From contig CBDURU010000005.1 in the NCBI GenBank assembly GCA_965369865.1, positions 1-62,187 of the forward strand: a stretch of 62,187 nt of DNA, given 5' to 3'. Each line of letters starts with the position of its first letter. Position 1 is the first letter of the stretch. Source of the stretch: an uncultured bacterium (GTDB lineage Bacteria > JAJVIF01 > JAPKYR01). Positions 1-7,892 of the stretch are shown here, piece by piece. Both the position numbers and the translations under genes were made by a program. Under the pieces are notes generated by a model. That model saw nothing but the letters and a program-made list of their open reading frames with translations, did not search any database and was not told the DNA's origin.

Positions 1-1
1 T

Positions 2-505
2 ATGGACGAGTTGGGGATTCAACATATCGAGAAGAAAATAATCTCCAGGTCCCAGGCTGAGAAATATGGCAGCGAAATGAGGGAGAAGGGAAAAACGCTC
101 GTCTTCACAAACGGGTGCTTCGATCTCATCCATCCAGGGCATATCGATCTTTTAATTCGCGCGCGGTCGATTGGTGATGCGTTGATGGTCGGCCTTAACA
201 CGGATTCAAGCGTAAAAAGATTAAAGGGTGAAAAACGTCCGATACTTGATGAGCATTCCAGGGCTTTGATGCTGGCGGCCCTTGAGGTCGTGGACTGTGT
301 TGTTTTATTCGACGAGGATACTCCGGCAGAACTGATCGGCGCCGTGAAGCCAGACGTTCTCGTGAAGGGCGGGGATTATACTCCCGATGGAGTTGTAGGA
401 AAGGATATTGTTGAAAGTACCGGTGGGAGAGTAGAAATTGTGCCGATTACCATGGAGTTTTCATCGAGTGAAATTATAGAGAAGTTTCTGATAGATCAGG
501 ATTGA
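2..505 (+). CDS. rfaE2: D-glycero-beta-D-manno-heptose 1-phosphate adenylyltransferase (RfaE domain II / HldC)
   Basis: VFTNGCFDLIHPGH (HxGH nucleotidyltransferase motif), GLNTDSSVKRLKG, PDVLVKGGDY. The start lies at the window edge and may extend upstream. Confidence 0.92.
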   Translation: MDELGIQHIEKKIISRSQAEKYGSEMREKGKTLVFTNGCFDLIHPGHIDLLIRARSIGDALMVGLNTDSSVKRLKGEKRPILDEHSRALMLAALEVVDCVVLFDEDTPAELIGAVKPDVLVKGGDYTPDGVVGKDIVESTGGRVEIVPITMEFSSSEIIEKFLIDQD

Positions 506-536
506 TGTTGATTACTTAGAGGTAGTGCTTTTCTAA

Positions 537-788
537 GACCAATTCTGTTAATTAAAAATTGATTGGACATATTTAGTCGGTGACGCCTCTACGCCGAACG
601 GAGCGGAGCGTAGTGAAGCTTAGAGGTGTCTGATCTTATGGTGGTTCCTGAATTAAACTAACTGTAATGGGTAAGTCACCATAAGATGAGACACCTCCAA
701 AATCCAGGATGGATTGTGGAGGCGACACCGAATTTGTTTCATTTCCTTTGACCGATCTTGATTCGAGTGTTGTTTAACAGGATTGCTC
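537..788. mobile_element. MITE-like element (252 bp) of the GACCAAT-end family, copy A
   Basis: Ends GACCAATTCTGTTAA and TTAACAGGATTGCTC form imperfect TIRs, flanked by TAA (534-536) and TAA (789-791). The left 28 nt match the reverse complement of the right end of the 14089-14233 element at 23/28. Confidence 0.65.
577..731. repeat. Inverted doublet of REP-like hairpins (REPIN-like) inside the MITE
   Basis: TCGGTGACGCCTCTA pairs with TGGAGGCGACACCGA (13/15). GAGGTGTCTGATCTTATGGTG pairs with CACCATAAGATGAGACACCTC (20/21). Each half is also a hairpin on its own. Confidence 0.8.
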
Positions 789-3403
789 TAATCGTCAAAC
801 TCAGTGAGTCCTTCGTCCGGGGATTGGATTTCAGATTCAACCGATTCCTCATCGTCCGATTCATCGGTGGTACCTGTACCCGACTCACCCGATCGGATCC
901 GTGCGACTTCGTCCAGCATTGCAAGAGCGATCCTCTCTTCGGGATTTAGGATAAGAGCCTTGTTTGCCTTATTTTCAATTTCCAGCAAAATTGCTTCCCT
1001 TGCTTCACCCTCGAGATGGGAACCCTGTATCAAAAGGATATGCGCGAGTTGACCATAGGCTCCTGCGACCATGCTCGGTGGTACATCATCGGTATTGTTA
1101 CTGATTAAAATCAACTGGTCGTACATTTCCGCGGCGCTGCCAATCCGTCCCGACGCGAAAAGCGTGTCACCCAGTTCTTTCCATCCGAACCATCCGTACG
1201 GGTCAAGGCTTACACATTTAACAAGGAAAGATACCGCCTGTTCCCGTGATTCCTGGGTGTCCTCGAGAAGCGCCTGGATTCCAAAACGGTAAAAGGAGTC
1301 CTGGTAACGGGCGAGCACCTCAAGCTCCTGTGCTTCGAGGTTGACCCGGAAATATTCAGCCTCCTGGAGCGTCAGGATATCGTCCTTGAATCCCTCGAAA
1401 CGGGGAAGTCCTCCCTTGTTATAATTTTCAAACGGGCGTGAATCGAAAAAATCGATTACGCTTAACGGCGCGGCTCCCTCCTCGACAGGATCGAGATTCG
1501 GCCGGGGGTGGATACCGGGAGTATCCGGATCGGGGGTGTCACCAGGCCGTCGGAATGAGTAAGTCAATCCCTGCAGGATTACATCGAGGCCCATTATGAA
1601 TTCACTGTCGGCGTAAGACGAAGTAACAAAAGTGGTATTTAAAGGGCGTTCTCCGTGGCTGGGTTGAATCAACGGGATCAGACAGGCATTCAGGTAATGC
1701 AGGTAATATGTCGAGCTTGCGATAAATCTCTCCGTCACGATTGTCATGGCGACCGATTCATCGGAGAGAAGTGACAATTCAGGAATGTTGTGTATCCAGT
1801 TTGTCGCCCAGACATCCTTCCGGTAGCCGGGCCCGGGATCGTCGGGATCGCTCGATGGTTCGCAACTCTGCACGTACCAGAACAGGAAAGTCTCGTCGCC
1901 GGTCGTAATCAAAATTGCATTCGGATCGCAACTGTCGAGAACATTCAAGGCGTAGTTATACGAGATAACGGCCTGGGATTTGTCAGCGAATTCCGAATTT
2001 CTATACGCGTTAACACAAATAAGGCCGAACGCCGCGATCAATAGCAGCCCGGCGAATGCCTTGAATTTCTGGCTTGTTTCAATTTTGCCGGCACCCTGTG
2101 ATTTAACGTATGCCGCCACCCATCGCACCGACGTATCAAAGCCAAGCCCGATAATTGCCGCGAACGAGCACATCAGGGGCAGCAGCAGCGGCGGGATGAC
2201 GACATTGATATTCTCAAGCGGAGCGGAAAGAATATCCCCCGACGGGTAAAAATGAACTACTAGGAAATAAAGGATGTAACCGAGAGCGGGCAGGAGGAAC
2301 GCCGCCCTTGGTATGGCAGGACCGTCGTCATCATCATCGGATGTTCTCCTTTTCCTTCCAAGCGAGAAGAGGAGCGCGATCCACCCGAGAATTCCAAAGG
2401 AAATAAGCGGGATGCCGAAATCTTCGTTAGTGGTCTCAAGGAATTTTTTAAAGACCATCGATGTGGTCGTGCGTTCCTGGAGAGCTTCCTCGGAATGGGT
2501 GTAAACCCGCGATTCCGAATAAAGCTTGCGTGTAAAGTATTTCCAGAAATAGACGTATGGGCTGTCGAGGACCGGGACTTTGTCGAGTGGCTGTTCAACC
2601 GCTTCCTCAAAGCTCTCCACAAATATGACATCGCCGAGCGGGGTTTTATATTTTACAAGCGGAAGGTATAAGTAGGGCGTCAGCCCGATAATCGCGAGTA
2701 GTACCGCGGCTACCCATGAATACCACCTGAGCTTCAATCCTCCGTTCAGGCCGATGAAAATAAGGATACCCGGGTAGAAAATCAGGACCGCGTACTGGTG
2801 GGTAATGGCAAGCCCCATGATAAAAGCAAGCAGCAACGCCCAGCCGACTTTTTTTTCCTGGACGTAAAGCACCGCAAGATAGAACATAAGGGTTATGAAC
2901 AACACCTGAAGCGTGTAAACCTCGGCGATTTCCGCATGCTCCCAGAAAGTTTTGGAGAATGCCAGCGTGAGAGCTCCGATGAGGGCTGCCCACTCGACCC
3001 TTAGGATCCGCCTTAAAAACAGGAACATGAAAATTATCGCTCCCCACGCCATGAACGCCGACATCATATTCATTCGATACGCGGGGGATGATAAACCGCC
3101 CGGTATCGGAAGCTGCATGAACCCATGCCCCAGAATGGTGTACAGAGGGTATCCGGGTGGATGCGGGACGCCAAGGGTAAAGGCCGCGGTCAGGAAATCA
3201 CCGGCATCGCCGACAAAAACTGTCGGGCACAGTGTCGCAAGGTAGACCAGCAGCGGAACAATGAGAATACCCAGACCGACCCATAGCCCGAACGGCGTAC
3301 CGGGCACCCCTTTTTTTGTAACTTCTGGTTCAGGAGTGGATTCGATCCCGGGAGAGAAGGATACTTTTTCTGAATCTGATGTGATATCCAGTTCGTCCTG
3401 CAT
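788..3403 (-). CDS. DUF2723 / TMEM260-like GT-C membrane glycosyltransferase with C-terminal TPR-like helices
   Basis: YLATLCPTVFVGDAGDF...LGVPHPPGYPLY, AEVYTL, many TM segments, GDETFLFWY, helical repeats at the C-terminus. Start moved to the ATG at 3403 (MQDELD) because the longer ORF start runs through a repeat. Confidence 0.8.
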   Translation of the reverse strand: MQDELDITSDSEKVSFSPGIESTPEPEVTKKGVPGTPFGLWVGLGILIVPLLVYLATLCPTVFVGDAGDFLTAAFTLGVPHPPGYPLYTILGHGFMQLPIPGGLSSPAYRMNMMSAFMAWGAIIFMFLFLRRILRVEWAALIGALTLAFSKTFWEHAEIAEVYTLQVLFITLMFYLAVLYVQEKKVGWALLLAFIMGLAITHQYAVLIFYPGILIFIGLNGGLKLRWYSWVAAVLLAIIGLTPYLYLPLVKYKTPLGDVIFVESFEEAVEQPLDKVPVLDSPYVYFWKYFTRKLYSESRVYTHSEEALQERTTTSMVFKKFLETTNEDFGIPLISFGILGWIALLFSLGRKRRTSDDDDDGPAIPRAAFLLPALGYILYFLVVHFYPSGDILSAPLENINVVIPPLLLPLMCSFAAIIGLGFDTSVRWVAAYVKSQGAGKIETSQKFKAFAGLLLIAAFGLICVNAYRNSEFADKSQAVISYNYALNVLDSCDPNAILITTGDETFLFWYVQSCEPSSDPDDPGPGYRKDVWATNWIHNIPELSLLSDESVAMTIVTERFIASSTYYLHYLNACLIPLIQPSHGERPLNTTFVTSSYADSEFIMGLDVILQGLTYSFRRPGDTPDPDTPGIHPRPNLDPVEEGAAPLSVIDFFDSRPFENYNKGGLPRFEGFKDDILTLQEAEYFRVNLEAQELEVLARYQDSFYRFGIQALLEDTQESREQAVSFLVKCVSLDPYGWFGWKELGDTLFASGRIGSAAEMYDQLILISNNTDDVPPSMVAGAYGQLAHILLIQGSHLEGEAREAILLEIENKANKALILNPEERIALAMLDEVARIRSGESGTGTTDESDDEESVESEIQSPDEGLTEFDD

Positions 3404-3436
3404 TACGGTAATGATAGCATATATGTGCTGTGGATA

Positions 3437-3496
3437 GCCCGACCGTGAGTACCGTGCACCAGACCAACAGAGGCCCGACCGTGAGGGAGAGCACAA
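3437..3496. repeat. REP-like repeat (one full and one partial copy), same family as 42641-42751
   Basis: AACAGAGGCCCGACCGTGAGGGAGAGCACAA matches AACAGAGGCACGACCGTCAGGGAGTGCACAA at 42639 (28/31). A partial GCCCGACCGTGAG lies at 3437. Confidence 0.7.
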
Positions 3497-3504
3497 TTAA
3501 CGAA

Positions 3505-4746
3505 TTATTTTGTATCGTCGGACTGGCCTGTAGCCGCAGGACGTCGCGACATCAGGTTTTCCACCCGCTCGATGAATGACGGGTAGTAAGTTTCAAAGAC
3601 AACTTTCAGGCTGGCCGCGATGGGAAGTGAAAGCAGCATACCGAATATTCCGGCAAGGTAGCCGCCTGCAAGTAGCGCGAACATGACAGTCAGCGGATGC
3701 AGGTTGAGGTCCTTCCCCATAATCCTTGGGACCATGATGTTTCCTTCGAACCACTGAAGCGCCATGTAGAACGCGAAGATAATAAATGCCCTTAACCAGT
3801 TTAATTCAACGCCCTGGAGAATCATGTGTTCGCTTGGAATGAAGTAGCTGACTAAAAGGGCGGGGATGAGAGCGATTATCGGACCGATGATCGGGATAAC
3901 CTCGGTAATTCCCGCAAGCACACCAAGCAATAGCCAGTGCTTGATTCCGAACAGCCAGAGGAAAAATGAGGTTATGACGAACATAAGGAAACTCAACTTA
4001 AGCTGCCCTCGAAGGTAATGGTTCAGCATTTTGGCAAGACGGTTCAGGAGGTTTTGAATTTCACTCGCGGTACTTTTTGGAGCGAAATTCATCAGGCTTG
4101 AATGAATGCGCCGGGCGTCGAGGAGCAGGTAAAAAACGATAATGGGCACCGAGAACATTACGACTATCGAACCGACCGCTCCCGAAATTCCGGTCGCGAT
4201 GCGCTTGCCGAGCTCGATCAGCCATCTCTGGACGTTTGGAATAATACTGCCGATGTAATCCTGGATATCCTCCGTGGTAACGCCATATTCGGAGAGCCAG
4301 TCCTGTAAAGCCGCAATTTTTGGAGTAAGGTCCGCAACCCAGGCGTTCGACCATTCGGGCAGTTGCACGATGATCGCATTGCCCTGGGATACGATTGTCG
4401 GTACGATCGCGGCGATGATCCCGAAAAGGATCGCGCCAACAACAACATATGTTAACAGGATCGCCCAGACCCTCGGTACACGTCGCCGGGTGAGCCACTC
4501 AACAATGGGGAAAAGGAGAAATGCTATGAGAAAACTGAAGAGGAAAATTCCGAAAACAGACCCAATCCTGATTATGAACAGGATTAATCCCAGAAGAACT
4601 CCGAGCGTAACAAGGTTCGTGATATTGAGAATGCTCTTGCTCTGGGTATCGGCCATCATTCGCATGATCGGCCGCTCATCCCGGGATTTCGGGTTTTTTG
4701 AACCTGGATCGCGATTTGAATCGTTGGATGTCATCGTCGATTTCAA
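3505..4746 (-). CDS. AI-2E (PerM/TqsA) family transporter
   Basis: LFPIVEWLTRRRVPR, YLRGQL, IPIIGPII, QWFEGNIMVPRIMG...LHPLTV...GIFGMLLSLPIAA. Exact start uncertain. Confidence 0.92.
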   Translation of the reverse strand: MKSTMTSNDSNRDPGSKNPKSRDERPIMRMMADTQSKSILNITNLVTLGVLLGLILFIIRIGSVFGIFLFSFLIAFLLFPIVEWLTRRRVPRVWAILLTYVVVGAILFGIIAAIVPTIVSQGNAIIVQLPEWSNAWVADLTPKIAALQDWLSEYGVTTEDIQDYIGSIIPNVQRWLIELGKRIATGISGAVGSIVVMFSVPIIVFYLLLDARRIHSSLMNFAPKSTASEIQNLLNRLAKMLNHYLRGQLKLSFLMFVITSFFLWLFGIKHWLLLGVLAGITEVIPIIGPIIALIPALLVSYFIPSEHMILQGVELNWLRAFIIFAFYMALQWFEGNIMVPRIMGKDLNLHPLTVMFALLAGGYLAGIFGMLLSLPIAASLKVVFETYYPSFIERVENLMSRRPAATGQSDDTK

Positions 4747-4823
4747 TACCCGTACTGGCGGACAATTCTAACATAAGAGCGGAAAATATACTTATTTTTT
4801 TACATTTGTGTGGAAATCAGCAT

Positions 4824-4978
4824 GTAGCCCGGGAAACCAAATGATTATGATACCCGGCCTTTAATGAGTTCGGAAGGTTTCCCGGGGAATGGTGCAGTGT
4901 GATTGAATTATGTCTCCCGGGAACCCTTTTGTTAGAAATTGAAAAATTGCGAGATCACCATGTGGGTTCCCGGGCTAC
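4824..4978. repeat. GTAG-type REPIN-like element, copy 1
   Basis: Starts GTAGCCCGGGAAACC and ends GGTTCCCGGGCTAC. Two internal CCCGGGAA..TTCCCGGG hairpins in inverted orientation. Confidence 0.8.
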
Positions 4979-5051
4979 TTGCTGACCCAAAACTCAAATT
5001 TTCGAACCCATAACTCCAAATGACAGTCAAAATAGATGGACCTGGTGTCGA

Positions 5052-5987
5052 ATGGCAATTTGCCCTGGAATAGACTCGAGAAATTATTTCTCTACACTGG
5101 ATGTACCCGATTGGGTAATCAGAATCCCGACGATTAAAAAATTTTTCAATAATCCGGTCTTCAGGAGGAGAATCTCCCTTAGTCACCCGTTTGCGATCAT
5201 CACAAACAAGGTAGCATTCTTTATAGGCGTGGGGATCGGGTATTTTTTACCGCTCGTGCCCTACCTTGATACCTCTTCAGAGATAGAAATTCTCATAAAT
5301 ATTAATAAATATGCCGCCATAATTATGGTCATCAGATTACTTGGCCCTGTACTTATGTACAGCGCAAGGGGTATCGGGGAGATTTTATCCACAGACAAAA
5401 AAGATCCGATACTGACCACTCCGATCCGGAATGCTGACCTTTTTTATGGAATCTGTTACGGCAATCTCGCAAGGGGATGTAAGGTAATAGGTGTTGTTTT
5501 TACCTTTTGTATCGGAACCATAGTCACATATGTTGCGATCGCAGTGACGTCGGGTTTGCTTCAGATATTCCATGCGGGCCCATGGCTCGAAACTTTTTAC
5601 AACGGGATTGGGATCTTAGCGATAACCATCTGGTTTTTCCTGTTCGCGGTCTTAACTTTGTTGTTATTCACCTATTCAGCAGCGTATTTCGCAACATTTT
5701 TTGACTTCAGCTTATCGATTCTCCTTTCCATAGTTTATTCAACAACGATCCTTGTATTTGGGAGATTTTATGTTGTTGCCCCATGGCTTGGGGAAAATAT
5801 CCAGATTGTAAATGAACTGGGTTTCGTTTTTACCAAATTGGCAGGTTACATGGTCATACTTGGTGTGGTCGTTGTTATGGTTTATGGGACAGGCAGAGCC
5901 GGCTTGGCTAGATTCTCCCGCGCACGATGTCCAGGAAGATATAAGCCCAAACTCTACGGAGAGCCTGTAGCCCGGGAAACCAAATGA
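5052..5987 (+). CDS. Hypothetical multi-pass membrane protein (ABC-2 permease-like)
   Basis: About six hydrophobic segments and an ILTTPIRNADL motif. The last codons and stop come from the downstream repeat. Confidence 0.6.
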   Translation: MAICPGIDSRNYFSTLDVPDWVIRIPTIKKFFNNPVFRRRISLSHPFAIITNKVAFFIGVGIGYFLPLVPYLDTSSEIEILININKYAAIIMVIRLLGPVLMYSARGIGEILSTDKKDPILTTPIRNADLFYGICYGNLARGCKVIGVVFTFCIGTIVTYVAIAVTSGLLQIFHAGPWLETFYNGIGILAITIWFFLFAVLTLLLFTYSAAYFATFFDFSLSILLSIVYSTTILVFGRFYVVAPWLGENIQIVNELGFVFTKLAGYMVILGVVVVMVYGTGRAGLARFSRARCPGRYKPKLYGEPVARETK

Positions 5988-6154
5988 TGGTGATACCCAG
6001 CCTTTAATGAGTTCGAAAGGTTTCCCGGGGAATATGATGATATTGTTGGGATGGATTAAGGGAGTTTTTGTGATAGCTCGTTGATTTATTTCCCGGGAAC
6101 CCTTCGGTTAGATATTGAAAATGTGCAGAACCAAAAAATGGGTTCCCAGGCTAC
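5967..6154. repeat. GTAG-type REPIN-like element, copy 2 (direct repeat of 4824-4978)
   Basis: GTAGCCCGGGAAACCAAATGA...CCTTTAATGAGTTCG.AAGGTTTCCCGGGGAAT is shared with copy 1. Ends GGGTTCCCAGGCTAC; the central spacer differs. Confidence 0.8.
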
Positions 6155-6192
6155 TTGCTAAGTGATTTAATGATATTTAATACAAACACATG

Positions 6193-6561
6193 TTATTGCT
6201 TCCTGAAGTTCCAATTGTCGTCAAGAATTAATAAAAGCCTATCCCCCATGACAGAAATAGTACAGAAATCACTTTCAAGATCATCTTTAACACTGTAGAT
6301 GATAACTGTGGAACCTCTGTAGTAACTTCCGCTAACTCGATATCTTGGATATACATCACCGTTATTTCTCGATGATATAATAGGCCCAAATTCTGGGATT
6401 ACTTTAACCTCAGCTTTAACAATCCCATCAGAATAAATAATTTCGTATGTACCAGGTTGCATGTTAATGTTTTGTTCTTCAGGTTCCGCTATAGTGATAC
6501 ATGAAGTGCTTAATAATAAGCAAGTAACTCCGATAACTAATGAAAAAAGTGATGTATTCAT
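6193..6561 (-). CDS. Small hypothetical exported protein or lipoprotein, AT-rich
   Basis: GGAGG RBS, hydrophobic N-terminus ending LLLSTSC, 122 aa. Confidence 0.6.
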   Translation of the reverse strand: MNTSLFSLVIGVTCLLLSTSCITIAEPEEQNINMQPGTYEIIYSDGIVKAEVKVIPEFGPIISSRNNGDVYPRYRVSGSYYRGSTVIIYSVKDDLESDFCTISVMGDRLLLILDDNWNFRKQ

Positions 6562-6741
6562 GATTGTCCTCCATCAATACTAAAGTTATGTTGATCTATC
6601 TATTTTTAAATCTGTTATAAAAAGTAAACTAGAATTTCTTTGGGGCTCCGCACGCCTGTGTTGCCAAGTTAGTTCGCATGTTTACAATTCTGAACGAGCT
6701 ACGCATCACCGCTTGTCGTTGGCACCAGCACTCACCAGTCC

Positions 6742-7851
6742 TCATACAAAATCAGATTTTGAGTTAGTATTATCCTCGTAATCTCTGATTGTTAGATCAC
6801 TGAAAATTAATTTAGATAAAATTACAAAGCTCGGAGATTCCTTACTAATGATTTTTCCACAATATTTCCAAGTTGGTATTGTGCAGCGGATTAACGTGCC
6901 TTCACCGGTGGAACTACAATGTATTTCATGACACCCAATGTTTAACAATAGGCTTTTTTCCCTCACACTTGCTGAAGATAATGAAATAGATTTTTGTTGT
7001 AGGTTATTATGGATTTTATCAATATCGAAATTTTGGGGCGACTCAAATTCTATCCATTCTATACGACCAACATTTTTCGCTAGTATTGGCTGAATTAAAT
7101 CAAATAGTTGTATCGTGCTTCCTTGTTGTATTGTTATCCAAACTAAAACGTTCTCATTATTGGTACTAGTTTTAACTTGGCCGAATGGAAAGCCTAGTGT
7201 TCTAGAGTCTTCATCGAGCATTGCACTGGGGAAATCATTTAGTAATCTAGCAATAGTAACGCCAATTACATCATTAGCCAAAGCACCATATTGTCTACCC
7301 TTACTATCCTGCTGATGAATCAATACTTTAGAAGTTAAAGGGATTTCCTCTGGAAATGGTTGTGACACTGTCAAACTTCCATTATTCTCAGATTCCATAA
7401 TACCTGATCCATTCTGCAATTTTGTAACTGGCTTTCCTGTAACTTTGTTCTCAAGCCAGCCTTTTAATTCACTGAGCCCCGAGTGAAAATTTTCCTCACG
7501 CAGATCAATATACTTGCGATCGATTAAGAGAGATGGTGCGTCGCATGATTTTAATAAAACTGGTAGGAGCTTAATATTACCAAGCTTTTTTTCCTTTCCA
7601 TGAGCCGATGTCCATTCAGATTTTACCCATCCCGATTTAATAGATGCTGGGGTTAGGATAACCGCTAAGTAGTCAGATTTTGAAATTCCTTCATTTATCT
7701 TTTCTGATATGCTGTCACCGTAATCAATTTCCCAATCATCATACCACACATCAATGTACTGACTCCTGAGAGTTTCAGCTATCTGCATAACTTCAGGTTT
7801 ATCATTACTGCTATGGCAAAGAAATATCTTTACTCTCCCTGGATGAGCCAT
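6742..7851 (-). CDS. TIR-domain protein (TIR_2) with uncharacterised C-terminal domain
   Basis: KIFLCHSSNDK, VWYDDWEIDYGDSI..KINEGI, SIKSGWVKSEW (catalytic Glu position), LLPVLL..C..P..L..RKYIDL. AT-rich. Confidence 0.88.
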   Translation of the reverse strand: MAHPGRVKIFLCHSSNDKPEVMQIAETLRSQYIDVWYDDWEIDYGDSISEKINEGISKSDYLAVILTPASIKSGWVKSEWTSAHGKEKKLGNIKLLPVLLKSCDAPSLLIDRKYIDLREENFHSGLSELKGWLENKVTGKPVTKLQNGSGIMESENNGSLTVSQPFPEEIPLTSKVLIHQQDSKGRQYGALANDVIGVTIARLLNDFPSAMLDEDSRTLGFPFGQVKTSTNNENVLVWITIQQGSTIQLFDLIQPILAKNVGRIEWIEFESPQNFDIDKIHNNLQQKSISLSSASVREKSLLLNIGCHEIHCSSTGEGTLIRCTIPTWKYCGKIISKESPSFVILSKLIFSDLTIRDYEDNTNSKSDFV

Positions 7852-7892
7852 TTTATAGCTCCTTTGTTTTTAAAATTATATCAAATCCCAAC

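Noticed and set aside
3404-3496. N-terminal extension of the DUF2723 ORF
   Set aside because: It translates a REP-like repeat; the ATG at 3403 is the more plausible start.
6645-6726. attC integron site between the TIR gene and the small gene
   Set aside because: A GCCAAC/GTTGGC core-like end is present, but I found no complementary second arm and no integrase. At most a remnant.
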